Assembly (NCBI GenBank): GCA_964187785.1 | Contig: OZ076409.1 | Coordinates: 81,284,001-81,348,000 of the forward strand | Length of the DNA stretch: 64,000 bases | Direction: 5' to 3' | Source of the DNA: Amphiscolops sp. MND2022 | Lineage: Eukaryota | In this document: positions 1-11,759 of the stretch, one piece after another | Layout: the number at the start of each line of letters is the position of its first letter | Numbering within the stretch: position 1 is the stretch's first letter | Translations under genes and position numbers: made by a program | Notes under the pieces: model-generated | Seen by the model: only the letters and a program-made list of their open reading frames with translations | What the model was told of the DNA's origin: nothing | Databases searched by the model: none

Positions 1-1399
1 ACATTTTTAAACGGTTTTTGTGCAGATTGTTTGCACTTTTTTGCGCTAGTCAGAAGCACTAGTCAGAGACTTCTTTTGAAAGTTCAATAATCGTTTTAAA
101 GTTTAAGAGGGAAAGTTGTCTGCAGGCGTTTGAACAAATTTGTTCAATTTTGTTAATGAGAAAGACACTTTACTCATCTCAACATGTTTACAATGTACCT
201 TGACAAATTGGTATTACTAACACACGGTATCATCCATTAGTATCTAATAAACTGCTCGTTGATTCTAGTTCCACCGATGCCTTCCCAAGTTCGAGCTAAG
301 AATAATCAAACTCAAGTTGGGAAAAATCAAAGTCACGTTGAATAAAGGATGGTCTTGCTTTTTTGAACGAGGTATCACAATTCATGGATGGTTTGGAGAA
401 TCAGAAATGATAAATAATCTTTTAACCACCAACGAGGTGGCTTTAAACACAGAAGATAGCTAATGCATTTCACAAAGACCACATCAGCCACTTGCATGAA
501 CATAAAAAAAACAAGTCAACCCTTCTTTTAAAAAAACTAAATGCACATTGTGAATGAAACAATTTGAATAAAAGCTTGAATAAATTGAACGTTCAATTGA
601 ATTCGATGGAAACTCATAACCTTAAAAATGGAAAATGGATAAAGTCTACAGAACTGGCAAGAAAAGAAAATTTCGATTTTTTTGTTCATTTTTCCCCGTT
701 TCTGAAACAAACATACTTCTCCATACAAACATAAGCTGAGTAGCTAAGTGGTTGTTTTTTGTTGAACTCTAAGGATACTCAAACTAACGAAACTTTCAAA
801 AAGTGTACACCAGTTGCATTGGTAAATTCCGTGGGGTGGACGCTGAGAAAAAGCAGTAAATCAGAAGCAAGCCACGGTACCATAGTTGAAGCTAAGTGGC
901 AAAGTATTGGTCGCCTGGAAGCTGCGGTTTCGAAATGACTTGCTCAAGGTCAGGGAGCTGCGTGAGCTAGCTGTTGCAGTTTTTTTTGTTCGAAAAATGT
1001 GTTTTTTTCCTCACCATACCATTAGACTGTTTGAAGAACTTCCTCAAACGACAACAATGGTGAGTTGAGAAAACCTGACATTGCACCAATGTCTAAAGCT
1101 TGACTCATATTTCCCAAAAATTGAAACGTTGGATTTTTAAATTATTTTAGGCATTTTTCTAAAGGTCCAATTTTTGAAAACAAAAGTACCCTCAGGAACA
1201 AAATAGCTTGTTGATGAACTCTGTGGTTACTCATACTCACAACAAACGTAAAAATTTGAAAAAAAATGCATGAAACTGTCGACAGGAGATACTTTTGACA
1301 CTTTTCGGTTCTTGAAAAGTATTTTTGAAAACATTCAGAATTTTCTACACCAGAAAAAACCAAGGAAATAGTCATTTGATTCCTAGGATCCTAATTGTA

Positions 1400-4395
1400 A
1401 ATGGAGTCTGTGGAGATCCAAACTCACAAAAAAATTACTTTTGATCATATGGAACTGACGAGGTTCCTTATTGATTGTGGAAAATACCTCATTTCAGTGT
1501 TTTGGACTCCGTGAGTTTTTTCCGAAACTTTCCCTTGGTCGAAGAGTACCCTCTTGCTTACATAGCTGATTTCGGCTTGAGAAAAGGAGTTTTGCGAGCT
1601 GAATCTCGCTTCGCCATCATAGAATTTTACCGGAAAAAAATCCAAGAATTGGATTTTTTGTGATTCCTGTTGGGGAGAAAGGGTTTCCTAGACTCAGGAG
1701 TATTTCTTGAGGTAATATTTGTGGCACTGAGAAAAAGGCAAAAATGGGAAAAAGTACTTTGCAAATTAACGAAAGTTGAGCGATCCCGGTTTGTTGTATA
1801 ACTGCACATAGTTTCACCAGAAGTGTCAAAACTGGAAATAGTTTTGACAACTTTGGGGTCAATTTGAGAAATTTTTCTAACATGAATCTACAGATGTCTC
1901 TTCAAAAATAGGCCAACTGGACACCGCGTTTAGTTGTTGTTGAATGTTTACACCATTCTAACCCACGAAGTAGCTCGAAACATTTTCCTTAGGTCGAAAC
2001 CTTGAGGTCAAAATTTACGTTTTTGAGTAAAGTTTTCTGAAAGTTGTGCAAAATAAGTTATCTGATATCTTTTCGAAACACTATCAAAAGCAACACGTTT
2101 CAATCCTGAGCCTATGGTATTTCTGATTGAAGTAAATATTGGAAAGAGTCCAAAAATAGAACGATGTTGTCGAAAATAAAGAACGTTCGGAAACTTTTAC
2201 GCCTTTGTTGTAAACTCGATGAAATTTATCCCACTTTCGCCCCAATTGTAATTTGAATACCTTATTGCTTCAACGCTCAGGTCATTGGAAGTTCTATTCT
2301 TCAAAAATTTTCGTAGTTTGAACAAAAGTTGGGATTCGTTTGTCAAACAACGTGCTTTTTTGTTGTTTCATTGGTTTTTGTGTGTTAGTTCCAACAAGAA
2401 AATGCAGCAATCTCTTCAAAAGTGCCGACTGGAGACATCCGGATTAGTCATTGTTCAGTTTTTTAAACCATTTAATGCAAGGAAGTAGCTGAAAAATTGT
2501 ACAAAAAACAGCCCAAAAAGGAAAAAGAACATGAAAATTATTAGTTTTTCGTGTATTTGAGTCATTCTGAGGAAACTTTCGACCATAAATTAGGCATTTT
2601 TTTGAAAAACGTGCTTCGGACGTAGTTTCATCATATGGAGCTAATGGAAGCTTTCTTTCAACTGAAACATTCCAATCTCGAATAAAAATTCACTGAAAAA
2701 GTCAGAAACTGACAAAAATTTCGACATTTTCGAATTTGCAGTCAATTATGAACCATTTTCCAATCGAAGTCTCCAATACTTTTTTAAAAGCCTACTGGAT
2801 TATCCGATCAGTCTTTGTTGAACGTTTGTCATCCTTCTGACTCCAAAACGATTCATAAAGTACATAAGTCGCACAAAAACAAAGATGTCGAAATGTTTCG
2901 ACTCCTTTAGAGGGTTTCTGAAGTATTTTTAATGCAAAACGCTGCAACGTTCTCTTCCGAAAAAGTAATGCATAGGTCGTTCTCTCAATGGGAGTTGATT
3001 TTGTTGGAAATTAGAACAAAATCGCTTAGAAATTTTACAGAAATTGCATCAAAAACGACAAAACTTCAAACTTTACGACAATTCAGGGTCAATTTGAGGC
3101 AATTTTTTTTAAAAATTGAGCTTATCTCGCAACAAAAGCTCAACGAAACAACAAACTTGCCCATGCTTTAGGCGTGTTACCACTCTAGTCCACGAAGTTT
3201 TTCAAATTTTTGACAAAATTGAACAAAAATAGTGCAAATCGGAAAACTTTCGAAATTTTGTCTTTTTCGATGTCAATTCCGAACAGTTTTCGTTAGAAAA
3301 CTGCAATAAACTCTTCGGAAAAGCCTATTGGACAAGACATTCTTTCCTTCGTGACCCTTTTCAATGTTCCAATCCACAAAGTCCGTCGGAAATTTGGAAA
3401 CAAGTGCCTAAAATGTTCGAAAAAAAGTTTGGAATTGTCGTCAATTTTGGTGTCATTTTGAGACATTTTCATTTTGAAAAATGCATTTAACTCTCCGGAA
3501 AAGACTACTGGACAACCAACCCTTTCCTTGTTGGCCCTTTAAATTTTTCAAATTCACGAAGTCTGTCAAACATTTGACGAAAAATGCGTGAAAACTTTGA
3601 AAAATTGGGATTTTTTTCATTTTCGGTGTCAATTTGAGATTTTTTTTCTTTTGGAAAACAGCAAGTATCTCTTTGGAAATGCTTGATGGATAACGAATTA
3701 GTCCCATGTTACACATTTTCAACATTCTAATCCACGTCGTCTATCGAAACTTTGGTTAAATTGCATAAAACGATAAAAATTGGGAATTTTTTGTTTTTTT
3801 TTGTCATTTTCGGTGTTAATTTGAGACTTTTTTCATGAATAAAAACTGCAATTATCTCTTCATAAAAGCCTGCTTGACAACGAATTTGTGCCATGTTACA
3901 CATTTTCAGCATTCCAATCCACGACGTCTATAGAAAATTTGATAAAAATTGCATGAAAATGATCGAAATTGGGAAATTTTTGGTTTTTTGTAATCTTCGG
4001 TGTTAATTTGAGACATTTTTCCTCCAGATAACTGCAGTTATCTCTTCATAAAAGCCTACTGGACAACGAATTTGTGACTTGTTGAACGTTTTCAACATTC
4101 TTATCTACGATATCTATCGAAAAATTGACAAAAACTGCATTAAAACGTCAAAATTGGAAATTTTTGCAAATTTCCGCGTTTTTTGGTCGATCTGGGATCC
4201 TTGGGGTCAACTAAAAAGGTCCAGAAATCACCACAAATACATATCGCACGAAGCTAAATTTATTTGAGTTGAATTTGATGGTTAACACCCTTAAAGTTAA
4301 ATATAAATTTGGTGCTTGGCAAATTTTGTTAAAAAAACGGTTTGATTTAATTATCTTCCTTTCCCATATATCAAATATGGGCGGAAAATAACAAT
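1400..4395. repeat. Composite non-autonomous repeat (Helentron/DINE-like) with degenerate ~187-bp internal tandem units
   Basis: A recurrent unit (aatttgaga...aaagcctactggacaacgaa...ttttcaacattc) starts at ~3631, ~3818 and ~4006. The right end (4263-4395) matches 14885-14995 plus 16276-16290 and ends in a hairpin, cccatat...atatggg-cggaaaata. The left boundary is approximate. Confidence 0.6.
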
Positions 4396-5061
4396 GCTTA
4401 TGATGCAGTTATAACAAGACGCCCATTGAGCACCGGGATATTTTCCGCACCAACTGAGCCATAGCTATTTTATTTACTCGACTATTTTAGTTACTAGTAA
4501 CTAAAATAGTCAGGTGGATGGAGATCGCCACGATCTCCACGGTGGAGATTTGGCAGAATTTGGAAAAAAAAACGGAACACAAATCATGATTTTCCTGCCT
4601 CATTATGGGCGGAAAATAACAATAGTTTCATTCAATGAGAACAAGCAACCAAGTCTTGAAATGGTGGAAAGGGAATCCATTTCGGGGCAACTTGGGTAGC
4701 ATTTAGAACTTAAGATCTGTATAGATGTAGCATAGATTTTCGGATCAAAGTCTAGCCCGTAGAATAAACTAAAAGAATGAATACAGTCGATTTGAATGAA
4801 GTTGGAAGTTTGTAGTTTCTCACCAGCTAAACGTAATAATTGGTTAACTTCTGCAATCGAAAAACAAAACTGTTAGATACAAAGAGATGAACAAAAACTC
4901 CGATGCCACCATCGAGTCAAATTGGTTTCAAAGTACAGATTTTTTTCCTATTAAAACTCGAGAAACATGCAAAAAATTAACATGCATACCATTGATAATT
5001 TTATTTTTCAAAGTATAATGATTTTCCTGTTGTTTTAATACGTTTTCCCGTTCGTGTTCAG

Positions 5062-5179
5062 ACATAGCCGACTACTCTTTTGAGGAGAGTTTCAACCACA
5101 GTTTCTCAGGCAGCAGCATTGAAGAAGAGGCGCCTATGACAATGAACTGGTTCCTCTACATTTGCACTGCCGACGGAAA
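5062..5179 (+). CDS. Host gene, first visible exon (upstream exons not identified)
   Basis: ttcag acceptor; open frame DIADYSFEESFNHSFSGSSIEEEAPMTMNWFLYICTADG; gttagt donor. Phase 2 joins the next exon. Confidence 0.75.
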
Positions 5180-5237
5180 GTTAGTATCACGTGACCACTT
5201 ACTACTTGAATGACATTACTACTTGAATTCATTCAAT

Positions 5238-6064
5238 GTGTGACCATCAATGGTATTTTGGCAGTTGATGAATGACACGTGTTAACAGCTGCCAAAAATT
5301 AAATAGACACTGCCAAAATGTTAACAGCAGGGAAACCTGCATCAAGTTTTATCGCTATTTTACTATTTATATGAAAAAGGCTTTTACAAATGAAAACATC
5401 AGGTATTGTTCATGCTGTTTATATGATATACCGCAAAAACTATCGTAAGAGGGCTACGAAATTTGTGCACCAAAACACGTTGACCACGAAGTCAAAAAGA
5501 GGACCATGTCATCTATTTCGCCCCCCGCCCCCCAAAAAAACTGCGGCGGGGGGGGAATAAGACAGAAGGTTGAAATACCATTATGTCGACATCGTTTGCG
5601 TTGAAATTTTGATCAATAAAATAATTGATGTCCACATAATCCTATCCATTATATTGACTGTCAGTTAAAAGTTGCTCATTAGATTTTATAGCGGACAAAA
5701 TTTGCGCTGAAATAGGGGCCTTTTTATACGATTTTAGCTTGTTCCAAACGTGAATTTCTGCTATTTTAGACAAAAATATCAAAAAATTATGGTATTTTTA
5801 AAATGAAGTGTCCAAACAGTTGTAGAGGCAATTCTCTAAGTATTTAAATTCATGTAATATTCTCTTATTAGTGAAATCTTTTTATTCAAGAACAAAATGT
5901 GTTTTCGTGATGGGGGGGGGGGGGAATTCCCAACAAGGTGTACCTGGGGGGGAATAGATGACATGGTCCCAAAAAGATTCCTCTGACATATTTTCATACG
6001 TTACAAGTGTTTAAGTTACGTGTCATTCATTAATCAACTGCCAAAATACCATTGATGGTCACAC
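5238..6064. mobile_element. MITE-like element with ~43-bp terminal inverted repeats
   Basis: gtgtgaccatcaatggtattttggcagttgat...gaatgacacgt at 5238-5280 is inverted at 6018-6064. No TSD recognised. Confidence 0.75.
5501..5969. mobile_element. Nested MITE with GG termini and 8-bp TSD (Merlin-like)
   Basis: TIR ggaccatgtcatctatt at both ends; caaaaaga duplicated at 5493-5500 and 5970-5977. Confidence 0.8.
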
Positions 6065-6431
6065 GCCATCATGTAACTGCAAAAAAAATAAATGTATGTC
6101 CTTTTTAAAACTTTACGAAAAGGGCTCTTTTCCTTTTTCTCTCACGCCTTATAAAATTTACTCTGAATTTATTGCACTAGAATTCCTTTTAACATTCCCC
6201 AAAACACTCTAATGCAAATTTTTCTGTTGTGTCACTTAATTTCACACAATCATCTACTAATTTATGATTTTCAGCGATTTAGCATATTTTTACGCGTGAG
6301 ATATGTCCGAAAGAATGTCTTTAACAAAAACTTCAACTTTTCATTTTGTGTCAGAGAAAACACCAGCAATTCTTCATGTCATGCTAACGCTTGAGTCATA
6401 CCAAATTAAGTAAGGAAAAATTTCTGTTCAG

Positions 6432-6703
6432 AATCAAAACTTTGGGTGCTATCGAGGACGGAGAGTACTTCAACCTGGAAGAAGCCTCCGTCTTCACTGT
6501 GGGGGGTGATGCTGTAGGGATGAATAGGACCACTTCCACGTCAGGGTACTCCACTGGGGACACCCACTCCTCCAAGAAAGGCTCATCTTCGCATCACGAG
6601 GAGAAGGCGGGGCCAGTGAGTATCACGTGTCTCACGGGAGGTGCCAGTAGGATATACTGCGGACTATCCGACGGGCAGATCATGAGTTTCGAACAAAACC
6701 CAG
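6432..6703 (+). CDS. Host gene exon (beta-propeller region)
   Basis: ttcag acceptor and gtttgt donor; IKTLGAIEDG...ITCLTGGASRIYCGLSDGQIMSF is WD40-like; phases match both neighbours. Confidence 0.85.
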
Positions 6704-7585
6704 GTTTGTTGTTCTGGTTGTTACGTCACATTCTATAATTAAAACATCCGCAGAGAAAATAATAATAATAACTAATATTCGCTCCCCGTGATCATAGGCT
6801 CCTCTTTGATATAAGCAATAAATGGCGGAATTTTGGTCAAATTTTTTCAAACTTCCGAGAAAATTTTCATATGTTTAAGTTAATGGAGGAAGCTTTCAAA
6901 ACTGAAAAACTTATTTGAATGATACGAAAGGTCGATTATCATTTAATCAATGTCTTTGACGCTCCCCGCAGAGTGAAAGGTCCAAGATAGCAAACAGTTG
7001 GCATATGCCTTTATATTAATTCTTCGAAAAAGCCATCATAAGTTCCTCTCATGGGTGTTTTATCTGAGCACTACATTGTAGAGTGTGAAACAATTATTAT
7101 TATATTTTACTCATCGCTGGTGATTTCGCTTGTCTAAAGTTTGGGAATTAATCGCAGTGCCACCACGTTCTTGTTAGTGAGTCTCGCGTCATTTAACATA
7201 ATTCAAATTAATTCAAACGACTTGATATAAATTTATCATTCGATCTACGTTGAAATCACGGGATTTTCTCGTCTATTTATGGGCATTACGTCACATCGCC
7301 GATACAAAATCCGAAAAAGCAATGCTTCGATATTTGATTTCAAATTTTCAAAAGTACGTTTTATAGCGGACAAACATGTTATTCATACCGCAGGCTTAGA
7401 TGAACTACGAACATTTTTGCAAACAATATAAAAAAAATTTTACTGAATTTTTCTAAAGAAAATTTTCATTTTCATAGGGGCAAATGCTTTTAAAAAACAT
7501 TTTCAAGCTAATTCACGCTAAATATTGCTAAAATCAGGGAAAATGACGCGATTTTCTGTTAATGTCTGCCTCTTGTATGTTTCAG

Positions 7586-7734
7586 GGGGTAGTGTGTCTC
7601 TACTAGACAGCCGGTCAGTAAGTGGGGAGAAGATCAAGTGTGTGTTAGTATGTGGTGACAAACTGGTCGTCGCCTCCCAGGATCACATCATCATTGTCAG
7701 CATTCACACTCTACTAGAAATGAAACGTCTTCAG
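7586..7734 (+). CDS. Host gene exon
   Basis: ttcag acceptor and gtcagt donor; GSVSLLDSRSVSGEKIKCVLVCGDKLVVASQDHIIIVS; phase-consistent. Confidence 0.85.
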
Positions 7735-8144
7735 GTCAGTATGTTGAACTTCATGTACAAGTATTAAGTCCCAACTTCTTCTTAGGCAAATTCACGATGA
7801 GACATTTTAATGTTAACATCACGACAACCCGCGTTGGCATCAAACATTTATGATTTTAGTTTGATCTTAGTCTGGGCATTTTATGGTTCCAGACAGGACC
7901 ATAAACGTTTATGGTTCCAGGCTGACCATACTCTGAATCATATATGATTCCAGATTGATCATCAAATTTCAATCTATAATTTCTATGGTGTCATATATGG
8001 CCAGAGTATGATCAACCTGGTTGAGAAACCCGGGTTATTACGTCATTTTAGGTTCTATGAGACACCAGTAGCTGAATTTATAAAGCCTCCATGTAATATA
8101 ATGCATGAAATCAATGATCAGATCAATTCCATGTAATTCCTAAT

Positions 8145-9085
8145 CCCTAGGTTACAAAAATCACAACTCTTGCAAAATTCCTACAAGAATTCTTGTGAGA
8201 TCTTGTAAGAAAATGCATTTTTAGAATCTAACTCTTGCAAACACCTTGCAAGATTGGCATTTTTCTGCTCAGAATGTTACAAAAAATGCATAAATCTGAT
8301 TAATTTGTTACAAAAATTGCATTTCGTGCCTCAAAATCTTCGAACGGCTGCAGAAAAAAAAACGATTGAAAGATGTTACAAACGCCCATTATAAAGCTAA
8401 ACTATTCTAGAGGAACGACTCTCCCTTCTCGGAAAGAAAGGAATTCCTTAAATTGAAGGAATTTTAGGATATTTTAGATCTTTTCACTTCAAATTCCCTA
8501 GTCTCAAGCTCTGAAATCTTGATCTAAAACAGCTGTGAAAAACTTCAATTACATAAGCCCATCAAAATTAAATATATATTCATATGAAACAAGTAGATGA
8601 ATAAAAAAGATGAAAAATTTGAGTCAGAAAAACGTCGATGTCGGGAATGTTTCCGGAAAACGCGTCATTTCTTCGGAAAACAATTCTTTCTTGGGTTCCA
8701 CGAGGCAAACTGAGAAGTCGAAACAAGCAGATCCATCATAGAGCAAACCTTTTGGAACGGCACCTTAAAAAAGGGAATTCAAAGGAAACACTGTAAAGAA
8801 TGTTTGATCCGTTTTGAGATCCGGACCATTTCCATCCAAAAATTTTTGACAATCTTCCAAATTTGGACCATTTTCGTCTAAAATTTATTCTAATCTAACC
8901 CAAAATCATAAATCAACATCAAAATCATACCTACGAGCGGCTTCAGGAAACGCGGTGCCAAAAAGCGTCCTTAATGCTACCCGGGTCATTAAGGTAACAC
9001 TGTTTGAGATCACTTTTAAAGAAATGCAAAGTTGGCAAGAATTTCGGAAGAATTTTGCAAGATTTGTGATGCCTGTAACCTAGGG
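8145..9085. mobile_element. Non-autonomous DNA transposon, CCC...GGG termini, 2-bp TSD (CMC/EnSpm-like)
   Basis: TIR ccctaggttaca / tgtaacctaggg, AT on both flanks, and subterminal cttgcaa/ttgcaag repeats. A matching right end recurs at ~28030-28100. Confidence 0.7.
8820..9010 (+). repeat. Dispersed ~190-bp repeat, second copy at 27611-27795
   Basis: ggaccatttccat...ctaatctaacc...aagcgtccttaatgctacccgg...aaggtaac is shared by both sites. Confidence 0.75.
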
Positions 9086-9145
9086 ATGTTAACCCTAACC
9101 CTGTGTTTTCGGTACAACTCTTGTTCCATCCATACAGTGGTGTTT

Positions 9146-9545
9146 CCGCGTTGACCCTCTTACTAGCATCTTGGCTGTCTTGGCAAGATCTTACCAAATT
9201 CTTACTGCATCTTGGCGGCCATGGAACCCATGGCAAGATTCTTAATAAGATCTTACTGAGATTATACATTATTCCAAGATTGTATCTTATCACGTTGGAC
9301 AAAATTCTAAGATTATAAAAAACACCATACCTTCGGTACAAGCAGCCGAGACTCAATCTAAAGGCTCATGTCACCCAACAACATGACTCTCTTGATAAGA
9401 TCTTACCATGACATCTTGCAATTCTTGGCAATATCTTGGCAAGATCTTAGCTAACATTTTCCCGAGAACTTGGCAAGATCTTGCCAAGATCTTGGCAATA
9501 TCTTGCCAAGATCTTACTACGATATCCAAGGAGGGTCGACCCGGG
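9146..9545. mobile_element. MITE with subterminal cttggcaagatctt repeats (CMC-like)
   Basis: Imperfect TIR ccgcgttgaccctc / gagggtcgacccggg, TT on both flanks, and many copies of (c)ttggcaagatctt. Confidence 0.6.
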
Positions 9546-9885
9546 TTCTAAAAAATGTGACCAAACAGCATTGAAGTTACAGTGATTCTCAAATCTCATT
9601 GGCTGATTTAACATTGCTTCCAAATCTTTTAGGTTTAACTTGCTCAAATTTCAACCAAAACAAATATTTCAAGTTTTCTCGGTGTTTCTAGGGTCATTTT
9701 CAAAAAATACAGTGAACGTTCTCTTATTTTTCCTGGATGAGTTGATGTTTTTTGTTCCTGAATTACCACGAAAAAGAGTAAACAAAATCACCAAATTCTA
9801 TTTGCATAAATGAGAGATTTGAACCGCACCGGAGCGCCACAATGCATTGGATGCGGGAGCTGTTACCTGTCACTCTGTTTTGTAG

Positions 9886-10078
9886 GTGAAAGAGAGTACC
9901 AGTGCCAATGCGATAAGTACTGCGAGCAGTATCAGCAGTGTGATCAGGAGGAACAACTTCCTTATAGTGACGTGTGACAACACTCCCTCCATACACCTGC
10001 TCAACACTTTCGACTTCTCCCCCGTGGCCACCATCAGCCTCTCCAACGTTCAGCTAGAAGATGACTCATTCACCCTGG
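9886..10078 (+). CDS. Host gene exon
   Basis: tgtag acceptor and gtgagt donor; VKESTSANAIST...FLIVTCDNTPSIHLLNTFDFSPVATISL; phase-consistent. Confidence 0.85.
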
Positions 10079-10456
10079 GTGAGTGAAGCACATACAGAAC
10101 TGAAAATACACACAGCACTGACAATTAAAGCCGTTTATTCGGAAATGAACATTTCGAGATAATGTTCTAAAAAATGTATGTTGAATATCACAATTGTTAC
10201 AATTGGCTTCACTCGCAAGTGCCTAATGAGACAAGTGTCTAAAAATTGAACATCAATTTTGCTTCTTTTTCGATTTTTTGAATTCGTTTTATTGAAGAAG
10301 AGTGAAAGATACGGAAGTTTCTTTCTGATCGTACGAAGGTATTGGTAGAAAGTTGCCGACTCAGATATTTGTCTCAGAGGGTTTCTAAACAAGTTTTAAT
10401 TGTGCAACATAACTGTTCTACGTGTTGTTCCTGTGTTGTTTATTCGGTTTGCTTAG

Positions 10457-10644
10457 AAGACGAAGAAAACATATCTGTGACAGTGTGCGCGACGTACGGC
10501 GATCAGTTGATTGCGGGAACCCACGGGGGTCTCATCTTCCAGATCAACCTGCCCAACTCCTCCAACAAGAACAACCCCCAGCTAGCAGTCACTCTCAACT
10601 CCTCCCTAAACATCACCGTACTTCCAGTCAGACATATGGGCCCC
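10457..10644 (+). CDS. Host gene exon
   Basis: cttag acceptor and gttagt donor; DQLIAGTHGGLIFQINL...RHMGP; phase-consistent. Confidence 0.85.
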
Positions 10645-11759
10645 GTTAGTTTTTTTTTAAATGAGGCATGCACTACTTATTGAAACGAGGTGATTTAACG
10701 TATGTATAGATATGTTCGCATAGCAAAACTTCATGCTCGTTTCTGTATTGAAAACTAATGAAATAACCTTGGGGATATTATTTTGTCAATGGACCAAACC
10801 AAAACTAGCTCTGATTTCTGCTATCATCCAAGTTTTTTGAAAATCAAATATACGAACTTCTAAAGTTCTGATGGGCACGTGAAATGTAGGTTTGCAAATA
10901 ATGAAGAAACTTCCTAATTTCATTTCCATTGATTGTATTTACTACTGATTTGGCATATAGGACATCATTTTGGATAATTTTATAACATTTGGCACCTAAT
11001 TTGGAGCTTTTGTTTATTTGACAGGTACTTCTTCATTTACTGGAGACATTCAACTATTTTACATCAAGATAATTGGTATTATATAGTTTTTTGAAGGGGT
11101 TTTCAACTATTTCATTTTATATAATATCATAATACGTGGGACAGACTTTTTTCGCAAAAGATTGGGGAATATGTTTTCAATTTTACACTTCTTCCAGATA
11201 AATTTAGTATCAGGAGAATCTGCTATTTGAGGCGATTGTACCCATTATGTCAAACATTTGATTTGTCTTTCCAGTCCTATCCAATCATGAGTAAAATAGA
11301 GAATGAAAGAAATCACCATCTAAAATGCTAGCTTGGTTAACATACAGTCCAAATTATTATTACAAATAAAGTTTCAGCTCTTTTCTTACACTATTGTATG
11401 TGGATACCAGTACCTAACATACCAAATTATCAGTCGGCGCATTTTGTCAGGAAAGAGCGACTATAGTCATAGCTTCTCGTCAGTATTTTTTGATAATTCC
11501 TGATCTACCAAAAGTTCTTCAACATTTCAAGTAATTTCTCGTTGCCGCTGAACCACACTGCCACAAATTTCGAATCATGTTTTTTGCAAGCAATTTTAGG
11601 TTTTAAAGTTTTCATGTAAAGGAAATATGTTTTCCGAGTGGCGAGGCCGACCTCTTTGTTGTTTTTGATCCTGTGCAACTGATGGGTTTTCTGAATGATT
11701 GTGGAAAATACCTTTTTCCGGATTTTTCGCCTCTCGGCGTCTTTCCGAAACATTCATGC

